64,000 bases of DNA from Fimbriosthenelais zetlandica (GCA_977030845.1 OZ365118.1:17422001-17486000), one strand, 5' to 3'; shown: positions 24,241 to 38,009, counted from the stretch's first letter. The notes: a model not told the origin generated them from the letters alone. A program made the numbers and translations.

Positions 24241-27200
24241 CTATAAAGGTTTAAAAGGGGAGGTAAATCACATGGTGAACTGCTCATGAGGGGCTCAGTG
24301 AGTGATTGGTGGGCTGATGTGACCGGGTCAGGGAATAATCATTGAAGGGAATCTTGTGAGGCGGCTGGGTGTATATAAGGCATCCAAGGCACACATGCCA
24401 GCACCCTGTCTCCGCTCCTCACCCCCCCCCCCCCCACCACCACCTCACCACCTCCCACCATCCATATGTAAGAGACGTGCGATGTTTTATAGATGGCGCA
24501 GTGATCTGTGAGTGAAACACCATGACAAACATACAGATTCATCCGCGCTGACTTATTCAGACTCTGTACAGTAAGGACTGGCTGAGTCTGGCTTGAGATA
24601 TCAAGTCTATTATACTTCACAAGTCCAAATACAACTAACACCATCGATGGAAGGAACGGGCGAGGCTGCAGTGCCCGAGTCTCAATGCAAAGTCATGCAT
24701 TTATTCATATAAACACTCCTTTCTAGCCTTTCATAATGTTGCCTCTTGAAACAGAAGAGATAAATCAAGTTGTTCAACAGAAGGGAACATCAGAGATGAC
24801 GTAAATTTGCCTATCAGGTGAATACGGCCGAGTCGCGTTCACCAGATTTCATCGGGAGTTGCCAGGGAAAAAGCCTATGGAATAGGTGCCATGTTTATGA
24901 GATTAGGTCAGAGAATGAGCTCCAATATTATCACTCCGGGGAGGCTGTATTATCTGATTCTCTCCCAGCTTCCAATCTATCAGTATAGCAATACTATAAC
25001 GCCTGGCCCATGATCAGCCATTCCTCCCAAAGCTTACACTATGAGGCCCCGGCACAATGGTAGGCAATGCATATACTACTCCAACAGGTTCGTTATTATC
25101 ATGCTGAAACCAATTATTCAGGCCTTATATGGGTTGCCCCATATATAAGCGCAGGCATTTTATATGGCTAAATCTAATCATAAATCATTATCAGTGCTAA
25201 TAATGTTAGTTATTCCACTGCTGTAACTAAATCAAATATGATTGTATATCATTTCCAGCTTAGTGGGCCATAACTCTTGACAGTCTAACATCAGGAGATT
25301 AAAATGCTCTAGTAGTGTACTTAAAGGGCATTTGCAGAGCAAATACTTCACAATGTAAACTTATTCATTTCAGAAGCAATAGTCTCTCCATTAGGCATGT
25401 TAAAAGCCGTTTTCAATGTATTTTTCATGCATTTAGAAGCCACTTTGCAGAAGGCATAAAAGGCCACACTTTCTGCTTTAACTTTCTAAGTGGCCCATCA
25501 GCCAGCTGGCAAAGTATAAGCTAATATGGACAATTCCACATTATCAAGCTTATCAAGAATTTGCATATTATATTATGAGCTACAAAATCACCTTCGTGAT
25601 AAGCCATTCAAGGCGTTCCATTGCCATCAATCAAATGAGTCGCTCCAATAGCTCATGATTATGAAGGCAACTACCGACCAGGCCATCCATCATTGAAGGT
25701 TCCACATGGCTTCCCCATTTGTTGCATATACCAGTGGCTACTTCAGCAACTTTTTTTTCTTCAGACATATAGCAGCACTGGCTTAATGGCTCTATGGAAT
25801 ATATAACATTCATATTAAATCATATGCGCAACGATTATTTGAATACCAACAGCCAGAACTAACCCCGGTTGGAAATGGAGGAAGCAACAGCCTTATTTTC
25901 ACGAACCAGAACCTGGTTATTTGGATTCAGGAAGCAATGACTGTTCAGCATGGCTCGGATTCCTATATCTTTTTACATGAAGTCTGTTGAGCCAGCTGAT
26001 GCCCCTGTCTATATATCTCATCCCTGGAATAAACAGTAAACAACTAAACCAGGCTACCTGATTTCTAGATTTGTTAGTCCTTCTTGCATATTTTCAAGAG
26101 GAAACAGGTCATTTCTGGTTCCTACATGTAAAGCTAGGCTAAACAATGTCGAAATCAGCGAAATAGTAGAAAAAGCCACAGGCTATTTCACTAGTTATCT
26201 TCTTGAATCGGGCTTCAGGCTATAAAATACTAGTGTCAATGTTTATGAAGCCACCATCTCTCATAGACTAACTGCTGGCTTCACAACTGAAGATACATAG
26301 TGATGGTATAGTTGAGATGTTCCCTTATTGAAATCCATTCTGGTTTGGTCAGTGTCATTGCCGGTTTTTCAGTTTTTGATAGTTGAAACACACATCAAAA
26401 TTAGTTGACATTGAGTTAATACCGATTTCCACACTTAAAACAACTGGGAACTTTACCAAAACTTAGCATTATAACTTCTGTTATGGTTGCCTTTAATACA
26501 AGCCTCTATAGTTGGCTACTGTACGGCTCTGTTTGAGAAGCCATTGCCTCAAATAAGAGTAAAGCCAGTTGCTTCAGCGCAAGGAAGCAAGTATAAACAA
26601 CAGGTTATCTGCAGCAGCTGGTTTCTTTAAGGTTTTTCCCATGTTGAAAGACTCACTGACCTCTCAGCAACGGAAGCAAAGTGTGCCTTTACTCGGGTTG
26701 TAGTCACTCATGTCTTTGATACTCACTCCAATGCTTGACACTCGAGTGAAACCCCTTTGAGAAACCTGTTTCACATGTAATTGAGCCCGCCTGCTATAGA
26801 AGCAACAGGCTTTTGAACAGCACATGGTACAGGATTATGCCAGGCAACATGACAAGTGGTTTCACTACCAGATGGTGGAGTCACCGGCTTACAATGGCTT
26901 TCCAGCAACCTTCTAGATGAGCCAATGGACATTAGGTTAGTGTTAAACAACACTTTAACCCCTCCAGACAGTCTTTGCCTTCATCCATCCAATACTCTAG
27001 TTCTCAAAAGGTTCTGGGATTAGTGGAACTTTTTCCAAAAAGTGCGGGTGACTGAATCGAGCAAAAATGGAAAGGGAAGTCAATGAAATCCGTTTCAAAG
27101 GTACTCGGAAAGATTCATTCAGATGCAGATATGACCGAGTTCAGTAGCTTGTCCTGCATATTCACAAGCATTTGGCTTGATAAGTCGTACATGACATGGG

Positions 27201-29226
27201 AAGCCAGACGCTTTGATAGAGGCACATACAATATCATATAACAATCAATGTCTCCAATATGGCCGACTGTCAGACACAATCTATGACCGCCACTAAATGA
27301 CTGTCATAAATGTTTAGTTCTCTCCCCAGGGAAGGAATCGTGACCATTCGTCTGCTTCGGTGATGAACTACAAAGCTTTTTATTGACAATCGCATTGTTG
27401 GCAGGCGCTGGTAGGCCCGAATAAAGAAGCTGAAAACAGCGGTGATGCGCACAGGCACTTTGGCAATGAATAGTATCCCAGGACAACCAATATACACAAA
27501 TGTATCACCGCTGCAGATGTTACTCACAATAACTTCTCATGTATATCAAATGGTTATAGCCTGAATGCAGCACGAGCTTCCATTGTAGAAGCAGTTCCAC
27601 ATTAACTTAACACTTAATTGTATTGAGCTATGTAAAGTACAATTTTAAGCCTGAGCTTGGCTTGCATCGAGTGGGTGCATTTTGATATTAAAGCACGAAT
27701 AAGGCCATGTGAGAGGCAGTTATGGAGCCTGGGACATTATTATGAACAGATTGAAGGTCTTTTGTTTTTGAATGGTACTTGTACGGTGGTGTTGTACAGC
27801 AGCAGCGAGCCTTGCTCAGCACCTAGCTGCTGTTGCACGATTCGCCAGCAATGTCAGACCAACTGCTCCTGTCTTTAGCTGAGCCGCTCGTGTGTGACTA
27901 ATGAGCGTTCCTGTCAGATCAAGCGGCCTCTTTCCAACAGGTCGGGACAAACTCGGAGGATTGAATGGAAATTAATATGTGCTTCTACCAGCCAGCTTGA
28001 AAGCGGAGTAGAAGGAAGGGGATGTGGGCGGAGGGTTGGTTGTATGCTAGGGTGAACGGCCTATGAATATGGTTTGAAGTATATTATACATGCCAGGCGG
28101 TGTCAACACCAGAAGGAAACCATAATGAAAAACACTGCTGTCATGTTGAATCAACATTATGAATAAATCCTAAACTTATATAAAAGGTGTTTTATAGACT
28201 GGTGATAGATCAGAATAAAAATATTTGCATGGAAGGAATCTTAAATCTCTCGAAAGAGAATATAACAAAAGTAGGGAGTCTTATAACATATGAGTTGGGA
28301 ACATATTTTGGTCAGGAATGGCTATATCGTTTCTGCACAAGTAAATAGAATATTGTCCATATTCTACTGAGAGGCATTTCATGTACAGATCCTATGCCAC
28401 CCCTCACACATAGTATCCTCAAGTGCTAGGGCCGAGCTAAGGCTATGGGCAGTCTGGGCTAAATCAACTCTTTCTCGGCTAGCTTAGACAGATATGACCA
28501 TATATTTGAAAAGCATTTTTTCTCCATACAATATCATTATATCTCCTTCTATATATCATTGCTTGATATCCGGAACCACAATTTAACCCATAGAATGTAT
28601 AGCATGTGTAGCCTATATATATGTATACAATTCCCAGAGTAAGAACTTTAGTAAAGTTAAAAGAACATCAACGAGAGGCTTTTTGTGTGTGTTCGCCTCA
28701 TGTATGCATCATCAGGAGTTCGGCCCCTATAAGCTTCAAAGATGTGCAGTGAGTGTAGTAGTATATTCTTGTTGTCTTCTCGTTCTAGGTGAGGGTTTCC
28801 GGTGCTAATGGCTGAGCTCGCTCCCTGCATCCTGTCTTCTTGCCCAATGCCACTATTCAACTGTCGGTAACTTTGATGACTTTCTTTCGCTAACAAACAA
28901 TTATGGCCGTATGATCAATGTCCCGGCTGGCTTCATTAGGTGCTAGTGCTTGCCTTGAGCAAGTCAGCCAAGAAACAAACATGACCACATGAAAGTAGAA
29001 ATGATTTGTAGCTCTAGTGCTAACTGGATGATAGCTGTGAACAGTTTTTCACACCATGGGATGAGATGGCTTTGCCGCCACAAGCCATGTTAAGGTTGCC
29101 CGGCATCAAAGGCTCATTTTTAGCAATGATTGCGGCTACACGCAGGTTTAACTTAACAGAAGCTAACATGTTGAAGAACTACTTAAGTATTAGTGTTAGG
29201 AATTGACAAGCAAAATGAAGACTCAC

Positions 29227-29289
29227 CTTAGATCTCTTGGTGACATGCCAGGAGCCCAGTTGGTGTCAAGGTGAAGGTTTGAACCGTTC
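29227..29289 (-). other. Candidate 63-nt exon (phase 2-2 open)
   Basis: Acceptor cctattttttctcattgtag| and donor AAG|GTGAGT. The single open frame reads xNGSNLHLDTNWAPGMSPRDLx. A strong upstream donor (AAG|GTAAGG) lies 139 nt away. Confidence 0.42.
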
Positions 29290-29461
29290 CTACAATGAGA
29301 AAAAATAGGCATACTTGAATAATTAATATAAATTCACATTGATGTAAAGACTGGTCTTATATTAAGGTGACGAAAATACAAAGGCGCTGGGCGGAAGTGC
29401 GGCGAGAACGAGGCTGGCACTTCCTTACCTTCTTTGGAGAGCGGAATAGTTATGTTAGAGT

Positions 29462-29479
29462 TCGCCACTAGATGGCAAC
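29462..29479 (+). promoter_or_regulatory. CTCF-type motif
   Basis: TCGCCACTAGATGGCAAC contains a full match to the core CCASYAGRKGGCR. Confidence 0.5.
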
Positions 29480-32400
29480 AGTTCAGTGGTGGCCTGAATG
29501 ATGGTGGTGCGAATTTGCTTCGCCTTTATTGCCCATGTAAGTTAGCAGAAACACCCGTGCATTTGCCTGGCCTCAGACTTGCATGATTTGAGGTTGTAAG
29601 CAGGCCTGACATGATGCCCAATAGACGACTGGAAGTATAAAATTTGACCAGAATGGAGTGTTGAGCGTGGGCTAGCCCCCTGCTTTATTAAACATTGATG
29701 GAGAGAGTGGCCCAATGTCGACTCTTCATACCACTCCAGCCCAGTCGGTAATCAGTGGTCCTGCCCTAAGCTTAATCATAGTTTATTGACTCGGTCTGAA
29801 AGTATCATGAAGCTTATTGGTGGACATCAATGTAAACGTAGGTCGGCCAATATGCTGGTTATTCGCCTGCACAATAGAGTCACTCTCGTCAACTGTCCAA
29901 TGACATAGTGACAGCGCCATTGACAGGTGCATTGAGCGACACGGCGCCGTGATAAGACTCATTATGGCCCATTGTGTCGCTCCCTGATGGATTGGTCAGT
30001 GGTGAAGGGCTCTTCTCCATGTAATGAAAATACCCCCACCCCTCCACCCTTGGCAATACAATGCTCATATTGCCCAGCCCTTTATGGATTTTGATTTTAT
30101 TCTGTCACTCGTGCTCTCTTCTAAAGAAAGATAACAAGCTCAGGGGTGTGGGGAAAGGTCAGACACAATCCAGTGAAAGACCAGAAAATGAAAGCACTGA
30201 CTTGAAATTGTCAGAACCTTGAAAGGCAATGTGGACGTGATAACTTCCTTTAGGCCCTTCGCCATTGGAGGCTGTCGAGGGTTTTTTCAGATGATTCTGG
30301 GCATCATTTATATATAGACTGACCTATATATTCAGTATAAAAAATGTAGTTATAATCTTGAGTCACACATGAAGTGAATGACATGACTTTGATGAAGGTA
30401 GAAGCATGTTAAATCTTTATCTCCACTCAGACAGTTCCTCTCCACCATCCTGTCCCAGTCTGGTGACTACAATGCTTATTCATGGTGTATTGTATCAGCC
30501 TAACAACCCATGTAGCCATCCATCTTGATGACGGAAGTGTTACCCATAAATCACATCCACCAGGTGAAAATCAGTAGTAACGGCATCACCAGATGACTAC
30601 TACTACCACTACTACTGCGGCTCCTCACGAGCCAACCGCGGTGTAATTAAAAGAAATAAAGAAGAAGAGAAATAGGTGAAAGGTGGAAGGAGGCTTGGGG
30701 CTTGATGAATGAAGGCTGGAAGTACTTGAGAATGTTATTAATTAGCCTCAGTCCATCTCGGTTTATCTTCATCCATCTCTGGGGGATGATATATAGAGCT
30801 TTCCACGGGCGGTTGAAGCAAGATCTTGTAAAATCTCACCACTACTGCGACAGGGAATTCCAGGTTGATAATTGGCCTTTTATGGAGATGCATCTCCCAG
30901 ATTGGTTATAGAAGACCAGGCAGGAGACTGCGTGAATATATAGGCTGTTAATTAATCAAGATAGACTAATTATACACATTAATAGGTTAAATCAAATCCC
31001 TACTGCTTATTAGGGGATATAAATATTGCTAAAATTATTACTCGCGCATGCCTCAATTTGAGGTTGTTTACCTCAACGTTGTTTGTCTTCCAAATAAAAA
31101 TATTGAGATGTGAAGAGTGGCTTGGCACACATTGAATATCACTAAAACCTTTCATCAAGCGTTGCTCGGTGAAAATCAGGGAAATATGATAGGAATTCAA
31201 TGAGCAAACTCCATGGAAACGGCAGCGGCCGCCATTATGTCAATGGCATGTCAACGCACCGAGCAGTCTGGACCTGTCTTTGTGCAGTATGGTCTAACAA
31301 CGACAAAACAAATACCAAAAACCTCAACCTGTATAATTTCAATATAGTGTTTTAATATTCCTGCTGCCAGTCTGGCATGAATTAGGGATATGGAACACTT
31401 GCATTAAGTGAAGCTTGGCATCAGTAAAGTATCATGTTAGAATCTGCTTGAATAATGCCAGTTTGACAATGGATCCCTGTTCATTCCAGCCACACGTTAG
31501 CATCAGTCTAAGATGTTTCCATGTCATTTTTTAGCATTCAATGTGACACTTTAGAATATTTACATCAGATGTTGAGGTGGGAGTGATATTAGGATAATTA
31601 TACCTGTTCAGACTGATAAAGGCTACCTCGCCCTCTACAGACTGGATGGCCAGATGTCACGAGACTCGGCTGGCATTTGAGCTGCTCTCACAAAAAAAAA
31701 ACTCCGCCCACAACTTGTCGTTGGACTACCATGCTGAGAATGTTGTGTGTGAATGTTCAGTCCCAACAAGGCCAGGAGTTGGTTGGCTCGGAGCACTACC
31801 TAAGATTAGGAGGCTGTGAAAATAGCTCAGGTACTTTCTAATCCCACTAAGTCTCACTTTACTTTCACCAAAATGACAAGCTGTTAAAATGACCCATTAG
31901 ACCGACTAGGAATGCTAGACAGGTTTCAAACACCTAGAAAACGTCTGTGCTATATTTAGGGCCAGATTGAAACAAAGCAAATTTATATTTGAAAAGGGTT
32001 TCTGTCATTAATGATATTGGCTAAATGTAGTAGTTAATTGGATCAGGGATATAATTTATCTGAATCCCTAAAAAGGTAACATGGGATGAACAAAACTGTT
32101 TATCGACCTTCAAGCTGTCCTTGAACATTATTCGCTCAATCCCTTTGCGGATATCCATGGTGATGTATGTAATCTAGCTCATAATGTCACTTACATAATG
32201 TAAGAACAATTACTTATAGTGCTTCTACACATTAGCCTGGGCGTTACACTGTACACATGGCCTATGGCCTATAACCATTCATCTAACAATTAATGTCATT
32301 GATCCTGACAAGATTACAGGCACTAATCACATGAATGGCCCCCTCTCGCCGGTCCACACCTCATTCCGTGACAGGGCATGTCCGCTGTCATTCCTAGTGA

Positions 32401-32773
32401 CACAAGTAAATCACGGCCCTATTAAATGTGACAGTGAAACACTCATACATTACCTCCCCACCTCTCCCCCCCTTCCTATTATTACCTCCTTTATTCCCCG
32501 GGCTCTGCTACTTGATCCCCAGCACTGGGAGAACTAGTTGAAAAGGGAGCGCAGCCCATGTTAAATATTCAATAATCACAAAGGAACAAAGTGACCCGGG
32601 CCTGCCCCCTGGACATGTTGTTTTTAATTCCCCAGCTGAGAGCTCTAACCGCCTTCAAAGGCAGGGAGAAGAGAGAGTCTGAAGATCATTGCTAAAAATA
32701 AAGTACAAAGAGTAAATCAAGGAACTATTATTGCTGGGCCTATTTTCACTCTCTTGCTCGCTACGAGCTGATG

Positions 32774-32842
32774 TGAGTCATTCCCGGCATTCCATATAAA
32801 TACCTTGATCGCTGATGTCTCGCGATAATCGCTGACGTCAGC
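32774..32842. promoter_or_regulatory. bZIP site pair: AP-1 (TGAGTCA) and palindromic CRE/Maf-like GCTGACGTCAGC
   Basis: TGAGTCA at 32774-32780 and a 12-bp perfect palindrome at 32831-32842. Confidence 0.3.
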
Positions 32843-33570
32843 CGTTCTCATTATATGGGTCGATGTGAGAGATCTATGTCAAAACATGCCATGATCATAG
32901 TGCTCAGCCTTTAACCCAATAAGCCATCTCATTTGTCTATATGCATATAGACAAACATGGGTCATTCATTGGGAGAGGAACATTGTAATGTGCCTCAGAA
33001 ATCCACCTTGAATCTGTGATATTAATTTCAATGAATGGAATGGGTAATGGGAATAGGAAGATGAAGCAGGAAGGCAGGGAAAAAGAGCAGAATGGGGCTG
33101 ACTGAGGAAGGGGGCAGAATCAGAGAGCGCATATTGGAGCGATTTGAAAGAAAGAACTGATAGAGTTCAAGGGGCAGGAATGAGCCTGAATGAGCAATAT
33201 AAAAGCAGGACTGGGGAGCTGCTCCAAAGAGGAAAGGATGAAGGAAGGAGCCAGAGCGCACCTCAAGATAACGTGCGGCAAAGAGATCTCATCGGCCTTA
33301 GATCAAATCACACCCAATGCTTTTCCTTCCCCTCACTACCACACTGACCTAGATCTTTAGCCTAAAGCTAAAAAACCCTACAGTATGGCATCAAATTACA
33401 CCATACACGTCCAATCCAATCAGGATATTAAACCCAAGACCCTGCAAATATCCTGGAGATCTTAATCAACTGTATAAAAATGAAGCTAAATTTAGAAGTA
33501 AAATCAAAATGGGATTATTAAGGTGTGAAGTGGAGAGGGGGCATGCATGGTAAGGCAATGGTTAAGTAAA

Positions 33571-33604
33571 GGCGGGTCACGCCCCTTTTATACGTCACTT
33601 CCGG
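33571..33604 (-). promoter_or_regulatory. Overlapping ETS-CRE motif abutting a TATA box and GC boxes
   Basis: The minus strand reads CCGGAAGTGACGTATAAAAGGGGCGTGACCCGCC. Confidence 0.4.
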
Positions 33605-36011
33605 TGTAGATGTCAGGGATCAGAAGTGAAGCGAAGGGCTGCAACGGGCCCCGCTAACATGGGCTTTAGTCAACACACCTCTTAAAGCCATCAACTCTGA
33701 TCTATGGGGTGATCGGTTCAGATACAAAAAGGTCTGCGGTTGACTTAGGTTCGGTAGATAAAGGCCTGTGGTTGTCTTGAGTCGGCATATAAAAAGGCAT
33801 GGGTTTCTTCCCATATTGAACAAGTCTGTTCTTATATATACACCAATATTCTCTCTCAGATGAAAGGTCAAGGGTAAGATAACATACAAGCCACTTAGCC
33901 TGTAGTCGGTTTACAAAGGTGAAATAAATGCCATGACGATATGAATCTCAGATAAGTTGTATCATTTTGATACTGCTGACTAATCATGTTTAGAAAGGTC
34001 GGGTGGAACATGACGCTCATTTGCTCCAAATTAGTATCAAATCCTCTTAAATAGAAAACAAGTTGAAGTAGGTTAATGTTTATACCCATGCCACCTCATG
34101 ATGAAAGCAGAAATCTAAAAATCTCATCTCCGTTCGTCCAGATACAGTCCGCAAAAAGTGAACCACTCAGATGAAATATTTACAAGGTCGCGCCAGTCCG
34201 GGAGGCTGAAGGTCGTTTTGTTAAAAGGCTGAGAGTCCTGATGAGTGAGAGAGCGAGAGAGGAGGCTATCTTTGGTAGGCCCCCCTGTCGGTGGTAAAGG
34301 ATAAGATTCCCCTGGGGGCAGGGGTGATGGGGGGTGGTGGGGGTTGAGGCAGTGAGGTATAAACACAGCCCCCAGTACAATTTAACACTGACTAGGGTGG
34401 GGGAGGGGGGGGGGGGGGGTGGCTAGAGCTGCTGCTACTGCTTTTGGTGACACGTGACTGGTCTTATCATGAGGGTGATGATGAGCCCCCCCCCCCCCGC
34501 CCCAACCCAACCCCTATAGCTAGTGGGTGTAGTTGCCGTTACTGCTTGTAGTGGGTATGGAGAAGCTTGTACTGACCCTACTATAAAAACAGAGGCCAGA
34601 CCATGTCATTGACCCTTGTAAACAAGGTCATTTAAAACGGGCACTAAAATGAACCTCAGGAACTAAAATGATATAAGGCCATATTAATATACAAGATTAT
34701 GGTCAATCAAAAAATGACCTTCTGTGTTAGAAGCTTGGGACATTTTTAAGGTTCTATACATCGATTTCACACCAAATACCAAAATACCAAATACAGTCAT
34801 TCATATTGGTTAGCTGGGAATCCCGAATATCATCCAGAAGGTCAGGGAGGTTCTCGAAAAACAATACTTGCCAGGATACTGTGTCGCTGCAAAGGTAACG
34901 CGTATCAAATATGCCGAAAAGAGCAGCAGATCTATGGCTACATATACTATATAGTGTTTAATATACATGACCAATAAACGGCAGTAAAGGGGTAGAAGGA
35001 AGGATGTCCCATATTATCGGTGATGGACCGACCAGTAAGAAGTCATGTCCCCTGAGACTGAGGTCCTCCTGCTTTGTGGGGGCCCTCCTCCCTGTGTCGA
35101 TGACCTTCGTTAAGGCCCTTTAGCCCTGCTCTATTTCTTGCTCCTTTATGGAGGGCTGGCGTTTACCGTGCTCTTTGCCTCTCTGCCTCAGTCACGTACA
35201 AACATTAGGTGGATGGTAGGAGAGCGTAGCCCACATAGTGGCTCAGTATGGGTGCACGGCTCAGTAGAGTAATGCATCACAGGATTAAAGGAGGTAAATT
35301 AGGGATCAGGGGAGAGAGCTATTGTGGCAGGAGGCCCCATGTGTCTGATCGTAATTAAGCAATTACCGAGGTTTTTTTGGAGCAGACATATTTGAGTGGA
35401 ACGTGTTCATCTATAGATTTTTGGAGGTGAAAAAGAGAGCTATTAATGAATGAGGGATTGTCAGTGGTAAAGGCCAGGTTTACACTAGGGAGAGGCACAG
35501 GGTGGTTTCTTTTCAAAAGAAGTCATCGACAAGAGGCATGAAAAATGGCTGTAACCTAACTGATTTATCAGCAAAAGTTGGTAGAAGCAAGAGAGCAATG
35601 GATACTAAAGCCTAAACCGTGATACATTACCAGCAGTCTGAGCAATCAACAGTCATTGTAAAGAACAAGTTGAAAGGCAGTCCTGTTGTACATCAAAAAG
35701 TATTATGTGCTGTTAGAACTAATGCCCGAAAGTGCTGGTAAAGTAGCACGAAACGGCATCGACGCCAATTACAAAAGGTGCTTCCAGGGCGTGGCCATTT
35801 TGTTACTATCCCCAAGGGCAGACCAGTTCTCCTCTTCCTGACCTTGGGAGATGACCAGTGCCACAATAAAGTTTTGACTCAGTGGTATTTTTCCCCTCAG
35901 AAACAAGCTTGAAATATGAAGTTTTGTCCCGGCGACCTTCAATGGATGACCTTCGGGGTTAGTGACCCTGGCCTCATGAGCGACCTTAGCGCCAGGGCAG
36001 TGAGGGCCCGG

Positions 36012-36027
36012 TGCTGCCCTCTACAGG
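36012..36027 (-). promoter_or_regulatory. CTCF-like motif (reverse orientation)
   Basis: Minus strand CCTGTAGAGGGCAGCA, one mismatch to the core consensus. Confidence 0.3.
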
Positions 36028-36167
36028 TGACCCTGATGGCGAGTTTATTGCCAAGGTGGTTTTGATGCCGTTTCCTCATTCCAGAAGCTATTGCTGCTGA
36101 TTGTCTGCCATAGAGCGCCTCCTAATGGCTGGGAAATGAGATGAGCTGCTCCGGGCACTGCGAGAGG

Positions 36168-36680
36168 TAGGGGGGGGGGGGTGGTGGGTGGGACAGACGG
36201 CTCGTGGGGTGGGGGGAAGGGGGGGAGCCCTGCGTCTGACAGGTAGAAAAGAGGGAGGACCAGACAGTGGAGTTAGAGGAGAGAGAATGGGACAGAGCCA
36301 AAGACAGGGTGCCAATAGGATGAAACTTAAGAGACTAGATAGGATAGAGACTAGGGTGTAGGCACTGGGAATACGAGCGAGAAAGAGAAGAGAAAGAACA
36401 TGAGCACTTCCGGGAAATGAAAGACAGAAATCAAGGGAGGAGAGAATGAGACAGGAGACAGGTAATGCAGAGACCGTGAGGGAGAAGGAAAAGGAGAGCA
36501 GAGAGAGTTAAAAGGAGTTAAATTCGAGGAATAAGATAAAAGAGAGGACATTACAAGGGTGGCAGCTGAGATACATGCGTGAAGGGACCGAGTGAGAGAA
36601 GCAGAAGGGGAGAAATAACCATTAGAAGAGTGGGAGAGTGAGTAAAAGGTGAGAAGGAGATTGAAGAGAGAGGAGGAAGG
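36168..36680 (+). repeat. G-runs followed by an A/G-rich low-complexity tract
   Basis: Poly-G at about 36170-36225, then GA/AGA-rich sequence to about 36680. Confidence 0.8.
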
Positions 36681-37670
36681 AGTTGGAGAAGCTTTTAAAA
36701 TGTAAACACACAGAGTTTACGTCCACCGGCAGTACTATACATTGCCTCCTTCCTTTCATGACAGCCGCTTCTTTCGTCTTTGCATTCAGCAACAATTGGT
36801 CTTCGTTTACAGCCATCCTCTCAGAAGCAACATTTTAAAACTGCTCCGACACTTAAAAGTGGCTATATATACAGAAATGCACCGGCAGCTTAATGCCAAG
36901 TGAAAACGACACAGGTTTTGTTTGCCCCTCTTAATGTATTTTTTCTGAGCACTGTCATATTGCAGCAGATGGGAATATTTCAGAGGTAAATTCTAAAGCA
37001 CAAAATGTATCTTTCAACGGCATGCCATGTACCCGGCAGCCATCCTTGCAGAGTTCCTTCCAAAAGGACAAAGCAAAAAGACAGTAAATTCTTAAATGAC
37101 TTGAGTTGGAGAAGTACTAAAGAACAGGCGTTAGTAAGAAGAGTCAGTGAAAGCTTTGGCCAGCGATCATTTCTGCCTATAGTGACTATTCACTATGCTG
37201 GACCCTGATCTTTTCCCACTTCATTGACATCTCAGAATGCACTTTCTTTTCTTCTCATATTTGAACACAAATGCACATATCTCTCACTGTAGGCTATGAA
37301 TCAATGCCTCGTAGTTAATCTGTCAGTGACATTAACAGAAGGAGTGACTGATAGGTTAAAAAGACTTGTTGAGGGCTTTGTGCAGAAATCTTAACGACTC
37401 CAGCAGTGATTCGACTCCCAACTGCAAGTGTTGCTTTTTCAGCTGCAGTTCAATATTCAGGGCTATGTTTCATTTGATGATCTTCTAGCTTATTAAATTG
37501 CCTACATCTGTATAATTAGAGGCATGAGTCTGTATTTGTGCATCTGTGTCATTGACAGATAAGCATAGATATTGAGTGATATCATTCATTACGCTCATCC
37601 AGTCGCACCAGTATAGTATTGGAGTCTATCCAGTATTTTTTGACAAGCTCATAAAACTAAGCATCTATAG

Positions 37671-37688
37671 TATATATATATATATATA
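37671..37688. repeat. (TA)9 microsatellite
   Basis: Read directly from the sequence. Confidence 0.9.
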
Positions 37689-37955
37689 CAAGGCCATCGA
37701 TTAAAACTGCAAGGCCTTTTGTATAGTTCACAAAGTGCTATTAGTATCGCTGAGTGACGAAGCATTTTACAATAGTTGTACTACCTTCCCCTAGAGAGCA
37801 ATCCATGAATATAAGAGGTATAACAGCGTTCTTGTGTTACTTCAACACTTTTAAACTCAGCTTCAATGGCAAACTATTCAAAAAATATATTTTAAAAACA
37901 CAAATGTTAACAGACATCAAAATCCCAGGTTCTTGTATTGCCTTCTGCGCAGCAG

Positions 37956-38009
37956 ACTTGGGGATGTTATTCGTTCTCGCATACTTGGGGATGTTATTCG
38001 TTCTCGCAT
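37956..38009. repeat. Perfect 27-bp tandem duplication
   Basis: acttggggatgttattcgttctcgcat at 37956-37982 and 37983-38009. Confidence 0.95.

Noticed and set aside
25891-25914. Minus-strand RFWFVKIR resembling homeodomain helix 3
   Set aside because: It lacks the invariant WFxN, and there is no upstream homeodomain frame.
28789-28866. 78-nt exon-like unit with a strong acceptor and TCG|GTAACT donor
   Set aside because: Stops in all three frames. It could only be non-coding, and it shows that pseudo-exons occur in this window.
33860-33873. 14-nt microexon candidate (ctctctcag|ATGAAAGGTCAAGG|gtaaga)
   Set aside because: Not frame-preserving, short pyrimidine tract, and no supporting neighbour exons.
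37443-37496. LQFNIQGYVSFDDLLAY*, EF-hand-like
   Set aside because: Loop position 1 is not Asp, a stop follows immediately, and there is no partner hand.
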